Below the pieces are notes generated by a model. It was given only the letters and a program-made list of their open reading frames with translations, did not search any database and had not been told where the DNA came from. A DNA stretch of 64,000 bases, from contig JASTWF010000033.1 in assembly GCA_030390025.1 (NCBI GenBank), positions 808,001 to 872,000 on the forward strand, read 5' to 3'. Of this stretch, positions 9,801 through 22,100 are shown in pieces. Numbering within the stretch: the stretch's first letter is position 1; every line of letters begins with the position of its first letter. The position numbers and the translations under genes were made by a program. The DNA comes from Squalus acanthias (Eukaryota).

Positions 9801-10773
9801 ATTCGTTTGAAATCCATTGAGGCTCCATTCACACTTTAACGGTACGGTCCAGGCCAAGCCGCAGTAACTCGCAGGGACGGTACAGTTACAGATTAAAGTC
9901 CCTTAAAGGGCAATCTTGAATGGTTCTGTAACTTGTTAATTTTCACAGTCAATAAAGAAGCGGATTCCCTTACATACACAAAAACACACATTCCATTGCA
10001 GTGTGGAGCGCTGAAACCATCCCGCCATGAGGCTGGGACCATGTGATGCACGGAGCCAATTTCATGAGTTACTACAGCGGCCCCAGGGAGCAATCGATGG
10101 AATTTTACATTTAATCTCATCGGTTTAATTGGCGAGGGGGATCTCGGGATCGGCATCAGATGTCAGCTATATTCAACATAATTTAAAAGCAATTACTGGA
10201 AAGATATGAATTTAAATAATACATTCAGCTGTGCCACAAACACTCGATGTAGGTCGAAACTCTGCGCTTTTTCTATTTATAATGGATCGAGGAATCTGCT
10301 CGGTAACAGAGCGGGAGCTGGTGGAGCCGCGAAGGTACTTTGCAGCCGAGGGGAGGGGAGCAGCTCCCTGAGCGGCAATTATTGCTACAAATATCATTCA
10401 CAGTCCTTTGATGGGTGGAGGTGGCTGCAGTTCAAGGAATTATCAACCTTAAGTAGACAGGAAACAACGGGACAGATGAAATGATTACCATGGACAGTAA
10501 GCAACACATTCTTTAGTGATCTATGTCCTATTGGAGTGGCCGGGGAATCAGCCTCGCACACCCTCAGTAGACGGAGCGAAGTTGAGCTTCCGGTGGCCAC
10601 GATCGAGCGACCAGAACAGGCCTCAGCGGCCGCGCGGACTGGTCGGTTTCACGCTGATATTCACCGACTGATCCCGCTGGATCAATGAATCTGCAATGAG
10701 GACATGCTCGGAATCTGTTACATTAACACTGAGATAGTCAACAGTTATTAGACAACACAATACATTGACTTAC

Positions 10774-10843
10774 CGGGAGCCCCAAAGGTTGCGAGAACTG
10801 GGTAGTAAATTTGCTTTATCTGTAGAATTGTTGGCAGTTCCAT
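10774..10843 (-). CDS. GPR139-like GPCR, exon 1 (start to TM1)
   Basis: ATG at 10843; MELPTILQIKQIYYPVLATFGAP + G, then donor GTAAGT at 10773. 70 + 932 = 1002 nt, giving a 333-aa protein with junction FGAP-ANL that restores N1.50 in TM1. Too short for the ORF track. Confidence 0.9.
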
Positions 10844-11029
10844 TTACAGTGGGAAAATTGTACGGAAAGTAATCCCAGAGGGAATTTGCTCTGCGCATGG
10901 GCCCTGAACGCTGAATGGAACATCCCTCCTGAACTCTGCGTTAGGTTCTTGAGTTTTCAAATCCATTCTCAGAAAATTTTACTCATCCATGGCATAAGCT
11001 AAATTTGTATTTTTACTTTAATGATGCCA

Positions 11030-12640
11030 AGTGATGACTCCCCTTTAATATTACTGGAAATGATTTATCGCAAACAATACTGGCGATGATTCATCGCTAA
11101 CATTACCAGTGATGACTCCTCTCTAACATTGCTGGCGGTGACTCTACTCTAATATTAACGGCGATGAGGCTACGCTGACTTTAATGCTGGTGATCGTATT
11201 CTACCGTTACTGGTTTTGATCCTATTCTACCATTACTGGTGGTGATTATATTCTAACATTACTGCTGGTAACACAACACAAAAAAAATTGTTGAGGACAC
11301 ACTTTAACATTATTGCTGGTTAAGTTACTCTAAAATTACAGGTGTTGATCCCACTTGTAATTGCTGGGGATGACCCTACTCCAACATAATTGTGGTGACC
11401 ATACTCTAACATTACTGTTCCTTGGCCCTACTCTAACATTACTCTGGTAACATTACACTAACATTACTGGTGGTGACCCTACTCTAACATTACTGGCGGC
11501 GACCCTACTCAAAAATTACTGGCGGTGAACCTATCTAACATTACAGGTTGTGACCGTACTGTAATATTACTGGTGGGGGCTTTACGTTAACATTATTGGT
11601 AGTGACACTACTCTAACATTAATGGTTGTGACACGATACTAACATTACTGGTGGTCACCCTACTCAAAAATAACTGGCGGTGAACCTATCTAACATTACA
11701 GGGAGTGACTATGCTGTAATATTACTGGTGGGGGTTCTACGATAACATTATTGGTAGTGACTCTACTCTAACATTACTGGTGGTGATCCTAATCTAACAT
11801 TACTGGTGGTTACCCTAATCTATCATGACTGGTGGTGACTCTACTCTAACATTAATGGCGGCACCCCTCCTCTAACATTACTGGTGGTGACCCTACTCTA
11901 ACAGTAATGGTGGTGACTCTACACTAACATTACTGGTGGTGAACATACGTTAACATTAACGGTGGTGACCCTACTCAAACATTACTGGTGGTGACTCTAC
12001 TATAACATTACTGGTGGTGAACCTACTCTAACATTACTGGTGGTGACTCTACTCTAACATTACTGTTGGTGAGACTACACTAACATTACTGCTGGTGACC
12101 CTACCTAACATTAATGGTGGTGACCCTACTCTAAAATTAATGGTGGTGCCCCTACTCTGACATTACTGGTGGTGGCACTACGCTCACGTTTTTGGTGGCA
12201 ACTCTACTCTCACATTACTGGTGGTGACTATAATCTAACATTACTGCTGGTGACCCTACTCTAACATTACTGTTGGTGACTTCACTCTGACATTACTGTT
12301 GGTGACACTTCTGCAACATTTCTGGTGGTGACTCTACTCTCACATTAGTAGTGGTGACCCTACTCTAACATTAATGGTGGTGACTCTACTATAACATTAA
12401 TGATGGTGACTCTACTCTAATATTACTGGTGGTGACCCTACACTAACATTACTGGCGTTGACCCTACTCTAACATTAATGGTGGTGACCCTACTCTAACA
12501 TTACTGGTGGCGACTCTACTCTATCATTCCTGGTGTTGACCCTACTCTAACATTACTGGAGGCGACTCTACTCTATCATTACTGGTGGTGATCCTACTCT
12601 AACATTACTGGTAGTGAACCTACTCTAAAATTACTCTAAC
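11030..12640. repeat. 26-bp minisatellite (CTAACATTACTGGTGGTGACCCTACT), ~60 diverged copies
   Basis: Period 26 measured directly (AACATTA at 12004 and 12030). More degenerate at 11030-11400. Confidence 0.95.
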
Positions 12641-12914
12641 AGACAGTCTTAAGTTTAACGTGCCCTAAATTTCCTGTGTTCCATTTTCTTGCTTTCTATA
12701 TTTACTGTCTCCTTTTCTCTGCAATTATTGTTTCCTATTATTCTGGATTTACTTTTTCCTCGTGCTTACTGTATCCTAAGTTTCCTTATTCGTGTTCCCT
12801 GTGTTTCCATTGCTTCCTGTGATAGCTCAAGTCCAAAGAAAGTTTCAGGGAACCAAAGTACTAATTCAAAGGGAGCAACAAGTGACCCCAAATAAACAGG
12901 GTCTCCTGAGTCAG

Positions 12915-13022
12915 AATTACATAGAAATTACAACATGGAATCGGCCCAACCATTCCGTATAGTTGATAATTCACTCCAAATTACATGTGCCCACCTGGTT
13001 CCCATATCACTTTATCCCACTT
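12915..13022 (-). mobile_element. CR1-type LINE 3' tail fragment
   Basis: ACATAGAAATTACAACATGGAATCGGCCCAACCATTCC...TTCCCATATCACTTTATCCC resembles an antisense CR1 tail. Confidence 0.5.
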
Positions 13023-13024
13023 TA

Positions 13025-13310
13025 CTTTTTTTATTCGTTTATTGGATGTGGGCGTCGCTGGCGAGGCCTGCATTTATTGCCCATCCCTAATTGGCCTTGA
13101 GAAGGTTGTGGTGAGCCGCATTCTTGAACCGCTGCAGTCCTTGTGGTGAAGGTACTCCCACAGTACTGTTAGTAGGCAGTTCCAGGATTTTGACCCAGCG
13201 ACGATGAAGGATCGACGATATACTTCTATGTCAGGATGGTGTGTGACTTGGAGGGGAACTTGGAGAAGGTGGTTTTCCCATGCGCCTGCTAACCTAGGTG
13301 GAGGATGTCG
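13025..13310 (-). mobile_element. 3' end of a LINE (probably the family at 320-1430)
   Basis: Minus strand encodes ...YRRSFIVAGSKSWNCL (ORF2 C-terminus) and ends ...CAATTAGGGATGGGCAATAAATGCAGGCCTCGCCAGCGACGCCCACATCCAATAAACGAATAAAAAAAA, with an A-rich tail. Confidence 0.75.
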
Positions 13311-13469
13311 CGTGCTCAACCACCTATCTAATCTATTCATAAACGTTGACATTTTTAAACATCATTCAATGATGTTGCCATTTACTGCGGATCAAGGTTG
13401 CCATGAGAAGGTGATTTGAATCAACAATCTATGTTGCCGGAGACTTCCCGACGGGACGTTAATTCGATG

Positions 13470-13755
13470 CCTTCTCTGACTTCTTGGGTGGACGTTAAAG
13501 ATCCCATGGCATTATTGAGAAGAAGAGCAGTGGAATTCTCCCCGACGATCTCGCCAATATTTAACCTCAAACAACAACATCTAAACAGATTATCTATTGA
13601 TTATTACAGTGTGGGAGTGTGCTGTGCCCTAATTGGCTACCACATGTATTACACTACAACAGTGACCGCTCCTCACAAGCACTGAATTGGCTGTAAATTG
13701 CTTCGTGATATCCTGAGCTCGTGAAAGGCGCTCTATCAATTCAAGTCTTCCTTTG
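13470..13755 (+). mobile_element. DeuSINE (SacSINE1/AmnSINE1-like) Deu domain and L2-type tail
   Basis: GTGGACGTTAAAGATCCCATGGCA...GAAGAAGAGCAG...GCCAATATTT...AACAGATTATCT...AATTGGCT...ACAACAGTGAC...ATTGGCTGTAAA...GTGAAAGGCGCTCTATCAATTCAAGTCTT follows the Deu-domain consensus order. Confidence 0.8.
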
Positions 13756-14127
13756 AAAAGCATATAACAGAAAACTGCTCTCGGATTGTGCAGTACAGAT
13801 TAAGCAGGGAGCATTTAATGAATGGTGATGTGACTGAGGAGAGCGGGCACATTGAGAGCTGTGCAGCAAGCAAACAAACACACAGAGGACTGAGCTACAA
13901 AGCCCAATAAACATGACGTTTCAGGCTCTAATGCTGCAGCTATGATGTGCTCCAGTCAGGACTGACCCTGGGTATTGACCTTATTTCTTGTCACTCATGT
14001 ACAAAGGGAGCATCCACTCCTAGCAGCCGGATAGAGGGAGGCCGCTTGGCCGCGATCCAGAGTCAGAGAGCTCGGCCACGAGGAAAGTGCAGCGAAAAGT
14101 CACATTGTTAAAACTTTATGTCGGTGC

Positions 14128-14612
14128 AAGAACATAGAAGTATAGGAAAAGACCAGCTGGCCCAGCAATCCTGCTTCCACAGCCTTGTGGCTTCAGTGCG
14201 TTCAACCTCCATGTGATCTCCTGGGAACGTTGAACTACTAGGAAAGAAACAGGGCCAATAACGGGTGAAAATCCTCCCGGACATGCTCAGGCGAATGAAA
14301 CCATTCCAGTAGATCACAGGGGCCTTGCGCACATTAATAGTTAAACCATTTACATTTAATATGAAACGATCGCTGGCCCAGCCAAGACCAGTCCAGCTCC
14401 CTGCTGAAGGGATGCAGAGAGTCAGCACACACCGCACAAACTGGCAACGCAATCCAAACGCTCACTGCTCTCTGGGAAAGCCGAGCACCAGCCTATTCCT
14501 ACGTTAGTGTAATTTAAATGCTTGTCGCCTGGTTCTCTTCATCCTCTCAAACTGAAATAACCTATCATTCGACACTCTTTCCTTGGCTTTCATTATTTTA
14601 TATAACTCTCAG
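14128..14612 (-). mobile_element. Old CR1-like fragments
   Basis: AAGAACATAGAAG...AAAAGACCAGCTGGCCCAGCAA (antisense tail-like) and CTGGTTCTC...CATTATTTTATATAACTC (antisense of YKIMK...RTR). Highly decayed. Confidence 0.4.
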
Positions 14613-15600
14613 GATGCATCTAAGACTGTGGACCTGTGGAGTTAGGCAAGGTACGAGGGGTGGTAAGCAAGAAATATCTTAATCAGGTTTAAGGGTACAG
14701 AGCGGTAAAGGACCAGAGATTGGACCATGTGTCAATGCTTCATACTTGTGCTGACTGATCACTGAATTGATATTCTGGGTCGGGATCGGCGGAAGATTGT
14801 TGAACCGTTCAAGGAGCAGCTAGAGGCAGTGATGGGATTGTGGGTCCCAGTGAATTGATCTGCTCGATGGACCGAACGTCATGCCTCATCCGGACTTATC
14901 TGAGTGAACCAGGGCTTCGCCAGAGTTGTGAGCGCGCAAGGAAGAGGTTGAACATTAACAAGAGAATCGGTAGTTAGTGGCACTAAGCGGTTAACAAGGG
15001 ACTTGAATATAACTAGTTAATTAATAAGGCAGCACCTCTAAGGATTAGCCATATTTTTCTTATTGATTGATCTTAACTAGTTGTTGTTTTTGACAGAGGA
15101 CTGAGCTACATTAATAGATTCATAATATGTTTGTTATAGTTACTTTCAGACTGTACATGGAAGGTTTTTTCGTGGATTGTAGTTTAGCTATTTCATTAGA
15201 CACCGAGAGTTTTACCAAGTCTTCAAATATAATAAGTTACTAAATTAAAGTTGGCAGCGAGGAGTGAATACATATTTGATTAAAACTGACATTAAACTGA
15301 GCATTGAATCCTTAACAACAGACTCCGTTTTAACTACTTCACTTAAACAGAACACTAAGGGAGTTGACCCGAGCCAGCTGCTGGATTGGGGTGTGCGGCG
15401 ATTTAAAGATCCTGTTGGACCGGGGCCCAGAGGGATTAAACAGATGGTGTGAGCAGGCTCGCACACACGGTCTGTCACTCGCACATGGATTTACAACTCC
15501 TGCTGCTTTACATAACGGGCCATTATTATGGTCTGGTCAGCTGTGAGCCTGCTTGTCCCAGGCCAGGCTGAGGGATTCTGCGGAGCTCCCAGCACGGTCA

Positions 15601-15715
15601 ATGTCAGGAAGGCTGAGGCTACGATCCGCTTCAAACCCCTTGGAGAGTGTGAGCCTCTCCATTAATGAGAAGATCCTCAGGGAATGTCAGTTGCTCTACA
15701 CGGACTCAAAGCACG
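15601..15715 (+). CDS. Probable first coding exon of an uncharacterised dynamin/EHD-like P-loop GTPase gene (resembles zebrafish si:dkey-98f17.5-type proteins)
   Basis: Acceptor CTTGTCCCAG| at 15561, ATG 15601, MSGRLRLRSASNPLESVSLSINEKILRECQLLYTDSKH + G, donor |GTAAGA at 15716. The E.IL.EC..LY.D...G motif resembles, from memory, the N-terminus preceding the GNHSAGKSS P-loop in this family. Downstream exons are not in the window. Confidence 0.6.
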
Positions 15716-16132
15716 GTAAGACAATGGGGGCAAGCGCTTTAGGGACAGTATTACGATATATTTTCAACATATATTTGCAACACATGACCCAGTCCCTCCC
15801 CCGCGTGTGTGAAAGGCAGCAACTGAGAGCTTTATTTCGGTGTTTCTGAGTCACTCGGCTCTCGGGTTTCACTCTGCCTGAGTTGGCACCAATTCAACTT
15901 TATGATGCTGCTTTCAGCAGGACTTTGTCAGAACACACTCTCAGAGCGCTGTTTGTTTGAGACATTTTTCTTTCAAGAATATTTATATATATCTATAATG
16001 ATTCAATCATGTATCTGTAAATTTTAAAGCGCGAGCTCTGTGATTTACTAAAGCTTTAAGGATTCTTGTTGCTCACAATGCACTGGCTCCATCTGGTCTG
16101 GGCACAGCAGGGCAGCAGAAAGAGGAAGGATC

Positions 16133-19100
16133 GGAGTGAGATTCACAGATTGAGGGAATGGGAGTGAGATTTACAGAGTGAGGGAATGGGAGTGAGGTTT
16201 AGAGAGTGAGGGAATGGGAGAGAGCTTTACAGAGTGAGGGAGTGGGAGTGAGGTTTACAGTGTGAGGGAATGGGAGAGAGGTGTACAGAGTGAGGGAATG
16301 GGAGTGAGATTAACAGAGTGAGGGCATGGGAGTGAGATTTAGAGAGTGAGGGAATGGGAGTGAGATTTACAGAGTGCGGGAATGGGAGAGAGATTAACAG
16401 AGTGAGGGAATGGGAGTGAGATTTAGAGAGTGAGGGAATGGGAGTTAGATTTACAGAGTGAGGGAATGGGAGTGAGATTAATAGTGTGAGGGAGTGGGAG
16501 TGAGATTTACAGAGTGAGGGAATGGGAGTGAGAATAACAGAGTGAGGGAATGGGAGTGAGATTTACAGAGAGAGGGAATGGGAGTGAAGTTTACAGAGTG
16601 AGGGAATGGGAGTGAGATTTATAGTGTGTGGGAATGGGAGTGAGATTTACAGAGTGAGGGAATGGGAGTGAGATTTACAGAGTGAGGGAGTGGGTGTGAG
16701 ATTTATAGAGTAATGGAATGGAAGTGAGATTTACAGAGTGAGGGAATGGGATTTAAATTTACAGACTGAGGGAATGGGATTGAGATTAACTGAGTGAGGG
16801 AGTGGGAGTGAGATTTACAGAGTGAGGAAATGGGAGTGAGAATTAGAGATTGAGGGAATGGGAGTAAGAATTAGAGATTGAGGGAATGGGAGTGAGATTT
16901 ACAGAGTGAGGGAGAGGGAGTGAGATTTAGAGATTGAGGGAATGGGAGTGAGAATTAGAGATTGAGGGAATGGGAGTGAGGTTTACAGAGTGAGGGAATG
17001 GGAGTGAGATTTATAGAGTGAGGGAATGGGAGTGAGATTTACAGAGTGAGGGAATGGGAGTGAGTTTTACAGAGTGAGGGAATGGGAGTGAGATTAACAG
17101 AGTGAGGGAAGGGGAGTGAGATTTACAGAGTGAGGGAATGGGAGTGAGATTTATAGAGTGAGGGAATGGGAGTGAGATTTATAGAGTGTGGGAAAGGGAG
17201 TGAGGTTTACAGAGTGAAGGAATGGGAGTGCAATTAACAGAGTGAGGGAATGTGAGTGAGGTTTACAGAGTGAGGGAATGGGAGTGAGGTTTACAGAGTG
17301 AGGGAATGGGAGTGAGGTTTACAGAGTGAGGGAATGGGAGTGAGGTTTACAGAGTGAGGGAATGGGAGTGAGGTTTACAGAGTGAGGGAATAGGAGTAAG
17401 GTTTACAGAGTGAGGGAGTGGGAGTGAGGTTTACAGAGTGAGGGAATTGGAGTGAGGTTTACAGAGTGAGGGAATGGGAGTGAGATTTACAGAGTGAGGG
17501 AATGGGAGTGAGGTTTACAGAGTGAGGGAATGGGAGTGAGATTTACAGAGTGAGGGAATGGGAGTGAGATTAACAGAGTGAGGGAATGGGAGTGAGATTA
17601 CAGAGTGAGGGAATGGGAGTGAGATTTATAGAGTGAGGGAATGGGAGTGAGATTTACAGAGTGAGGGAGTGGGAGTGAGGTTTACAGAGTGAGGGAGTGG
17701 TAGTGAGGTTTACAGAGTGAGGGAATTGGAGTGAGGTTTACAGAGTGAGGGAGTGGGAGTGAGGTTTACAGAGTGAGGGAGTGGGAGTGAGGTTTACAGA
17801 GTGAGGGAATGGGAGTGAGATTTACAGAATGAGGGAATGGGATTGAGATTTACAGAGTGAGGGAATTGGAGTGAGGTTTACAGAGTGAGGGAATGGGAGT
17901 GAGATTTATAGAGTGAGGGAATGGGAGTGAGGTTTACAGAGTGAGGGAGTGGGAGTGAGGTATACAGAGTGAGGGAATGGGAGTGAGAATTACAGAGTGA
18001 GGGAATGAGAGTGAGATTTACAGAGTAAGGGAATGTGAGTGAGAATATGAGATTGAGTGAATGAGAGTGAGGTTTACAGAGTAAGGGATTGAGTGTGAGA
18101 TTTACAGAGTGAGGAAGTGGGAGTGAGATTTGCAGAGTGAGGGAATGGGAGTGAGATTTACAGAGTGAGGGAGTGGGAGTGAGGTTTACAGAGTGAGGGA
18201 GTTGGAGTGAGATTTACAGAGTGAGGGGATGGGAGTGAGAATTAGAGATTGAGAGAATGGGAGTGAGGTTTACAGAGTGAGGGAGTCGGAGAGGGATTTA
18301 CAGAGTGAGGGAGTGGGAATGACGTTTACAGAGTGAGGGAGTGGGAGTGAGATTTGCAGAGTAAGGGAGTGGGAGTGAGATTTACAGAGTAAGGGAATGG
18401 GAGTGAGAATTAGAGATTGAGGGAATGGGAGTGAGAATTACAGAGTGAGGGATTGGGAGTGAAGTTTACAGAGTGAGGGAGTGGGAGTGAATTTAAGAGT
18501 AAGGGAATGGGAGTGAGAATTACAGAGTGAGGGAATGGGAGTGAAGTTTACAGAGTAAGGGAGTGGGAGTGAGATTTACAGATTAAGGGAATGGGAGTGA
18601 GAATTACAGAGTGAGGGAATGGGAGTGAGAATTACAGAGTAAGGGAATGGGAGTGAGATTTACAGAGTGAGGGAGTGAGAGTGAGATTGACAGAGTGAGG
18701 GAATGAGAGTGATGTTAACAGAGTGAGGGAGTGGGAGTGAGGTTTGCAGAGTGAGGGATTGGTAGTGAGATTTACAGAGTGAGGGCATGGAAGTGACAAT
18801 TAGAGATTGAGGGAATGTGAGTGAGGTTTACAGAGTAAGGGAATAGGTGTGAGATTTACGGAGTGAGGGAGTGGAAGTGAGGTCTGCAGAGTGAGGGAGT
18901 GGGAGTTAAGGTTTATTATGTGTGGGAATGGGAGTGAGATTTACAGAGTGAGGGAATAGGAGTGAGATTTACAGAGTGAGGGCATGGGAGTGAAAATTAG
19001 AGATTGAGGGAATGGGAGTGAGATTTACAGAGTGAGGGAATGGGAGTGAGATTTACAGAGTGGGGGAGTGGGAGTGAGATTTACAGAGTGAGGGAGTGGG

Positions 19101-22100
19101 AGTGAGAATTAGAGATTGACGGAATGGGAGTAAGATTTACAGAGTGAGGGAATGGGAGTGAGAATTAGAGATTGAGGGAAAGGGAGTGAGATTTACAGAG
19201 TGAGGGAGTGGGAGTGATATTTATAGAGTAAGGGAATGGGAGTGAAATTTACAGATTGAGGGAATGGGAGTGAGATATACAGAGTGGGAGAATGGGAGTG
19301 AGGTTTACAGAGTGAGGGAATATGAGTGAGATTTACAGAGTGAGGGTGTGGGAGTGAGGTTTATAGAGTAAGGGAATGGGAGTGAAATTTACAGAGTGAG
19401 GGAATGGGAGTGAGATTTACAGAGTGAGGGAGTGGGAGTGAGGTTTACAGAGTGAGGGAGTGGGAGTGAGGTTAACAGAGTGAGGGAATGGGAGTGAGAT
19501 TTACAGAATGAGGGAATGGGATTGAGATTTACAGAGTGAGGGAATTGGAGTGAGGTTTACAGAGTGAGGGAATGGGAGTGAGATTTATAGAGTGAAGGAA
19601 TGGGAGTGAGGTTTACAGAGTGAGGGAGTGGGAGTGAGGTATACAGAGTGAGTGAATGTGAGTGAGAATTACAGAGTGAGGGAATGAGAGTGAGATTTAC
19701 AGAGTAAGGGAATGTGAGTGAGAATATGAGATTGAGTAAATGAGAGTGAGGTTTACAGAGTAAGGGATTGAGTGTGAGATTTACAGAGTGAGGAAGTGGG
19801 AGTGAGATTTGCAGAGTGAGGGAATGGGAGTGAGATTTACAGAGTGAGGGAGTGGGAGTGAGGTTTACAGAGTGAGGGAGTTGGAGTGAGATTTACAGAG
19901 TGAAGGGATGGGAGTGAGAATTAGAGATTGAGAGAATGGGAGTGAGGTTTACAGAGTGAGGGAATGGGAGTGAGATTTACAGAGTGAGGGAATGGGAGTG
20001 AGATTTACAGAGTGAGGGAGTGGGAGTGAATTTCAGAGTGAGGGAATGGGAGTGAGAATTTACAGAGGAGGAATGGGAGTGGTTTACAGAGTGAGGAATG
20101 GAGTGAAGGTTAGAGATGGGATGGAGTGAGATTTACAGAGTGAGAGGGTGGGAGTGAGATTTACTGAGTGAGGAATGGGGGAGTGAGATTTACAGAGTAA
20201 GGGAATGGGACTGAGGTTTACAGAGTGAGGGAATGGGAGTGAAAATTAGAGATTGTGGGAGTGGGAGTGAGATTTACAGAGTGAGGGAATGGGAGTGAGT
20301 TTACAGAGTGAGGGAATGGGAGTGAGATTTACCGAGTGAGGGAATGGGAGTGAGATTTACAGAGTGAGGGAATGGGAGTGAGATTTACAGAGTGAGGGAA
20401 TGGGAGTGAGATTTACAGAGTGAGGGAGTGGGAGTGAGATTTACAGAGTGAGGGAATGGGAGTGAGAATTAGAGATTGAGGGAATGGGAGTGAGAATTAC
20501 AGAGTGAGGGAATGGGAGTGAAGTTTACAGAGTAAGGGAGTGGGAGTGAGATTTACAGATTAAGGGAATGGGAGTGAGAATTACAGAGTGAGGGAATGGG
20601 AGTGAGATTTACAGAGTGAGGGAATGGGAGTGAGTTTACAGAGTGAGGGAGTGGAGTGAGGTTTACAGAGTGAGGGAATGGGAGTGAGATTTACAGAGTG
20701 AGGGAATGGGAGTGAGATTTACAGAGTGAGGGAATGGGAGTGAGTTTACAGAGTGAGGGAATGGGAGTGAGTTTACAGAGTGAGGGAATGGGAGTGAGAT
20801 TTACAGAGTGAGGGAATGGGAGTGAGGTTTACAGAGTGAGGGAATGGGAGTGAGATTTACAGAGTGAGGGAATGGAGTGAGTTTACAGAGTGAGGGAATG
20901 GGAGTGAGATTTACAGAGTGAGGGAATGGGAGTGAGATTTACAGAGTGAGGGAATGGAGTGAGATTTACAGAGTGAGGGAATGGGAGTGAGATTTACAGA
21001 GTGAGGGAATGGGAGTGAGATTTACAGAGTGAGGGAATGGGAGTGAGATTTACAGAGTGAGGGAGTGGGAGTGAGATTTACAGAGTGAGGGAATGGGAGT
21101 GAGATTTACAGAGTGAGGGAATGGGAGTGAGATTTACAGAGTGAGGGAATGGGAGTGAGATTTACAGAGTGAGGGAATGGGAGTGAGATTTACAGAGTGA
21201 GGGAATGGGAGTGAGATTTACAGAGTGAGGGAATGGGAGTGAGATTTACAGAGTGAGGGAATGGGAGTGAGATTTACAGAGTGAGGGAATGGGAGTGAGT
21301 TTACAGAGTGAGGGAATGGGAGTGAGATTTACAGAGTGAGGGAATGGGAGTGAGGTTTACAGAGTGAGGGAATGGGAGTGAGATTTACAGAGTGAGGGAA
21401 TGGGAGTGAGATTTACAGAGTGAGGGAATGGGAGTGAGGTTTACAGAGTGAGGGAATGGGAGTGAGATTTACAGAGTGAGGGAATGGGAGTGAGATTTAC
21501 AGAGTGAGGGAATGGGAGTGAGATTTACAGAGTGAGGGAATGGGAGTGAGATTTACAGAGTGAGGGAATGGGAGTGAGGTTTACAGAGTGAGGGAATGGG
21601 AGTGAGATTTACAGAGTGAGGGAATGGGAGTGAGATTTACAGAGTGAGGGAATGGGAGTGAGTTTACAGAGTGAGGGAATGGGAGTGAGATTTACAGAGT
21701 GAGGGAATGGGAGTGAGATTTACAGAGTGAGGGAATGGGAGTGAGATTTACAGAGTGAGGGAATGGGAGTGAGATTTACAGAGTGAGGGAATGGGAGTGA
21801 GATTTACAGAGTGAGGGAATGGGAGTGAGATTTACAGAGTGAGGGAATGGGAGTGAGATTTACAGAGTGAGGGAATGGGAGTGAGATTTACAGAGTGAGG
21901 GAATGGGAGTGAGATTTACAGAGTGAGGGAATGGGAGTGAGGTTAACAGAGTGAGGGAATGGGAGTGAGATTTACAGAGTGAGGGAATGGGAGTGAGATT
22001 TACAGAGTGAGGGAATGGGAGTGAGTTTACAGAGTGAGGGAATGGGAGTGAGATTTACAGAGTGAGGGAATGGGAGTGAGATTTACAGAGTGAGGGAATG

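Noticed and set aside
9479..10600. ORFs within the GPCR intron
   Set aside because: No recognisable domains, partly repeat-derived, and exon 1 joins exon 2 in frame without them.
11030..12640. Coding repeat (mucin-like) or CRISPR array
   Set aside because: The 26-bp period is not a multiple of 3, TAA stops recur, and there are no spacers.
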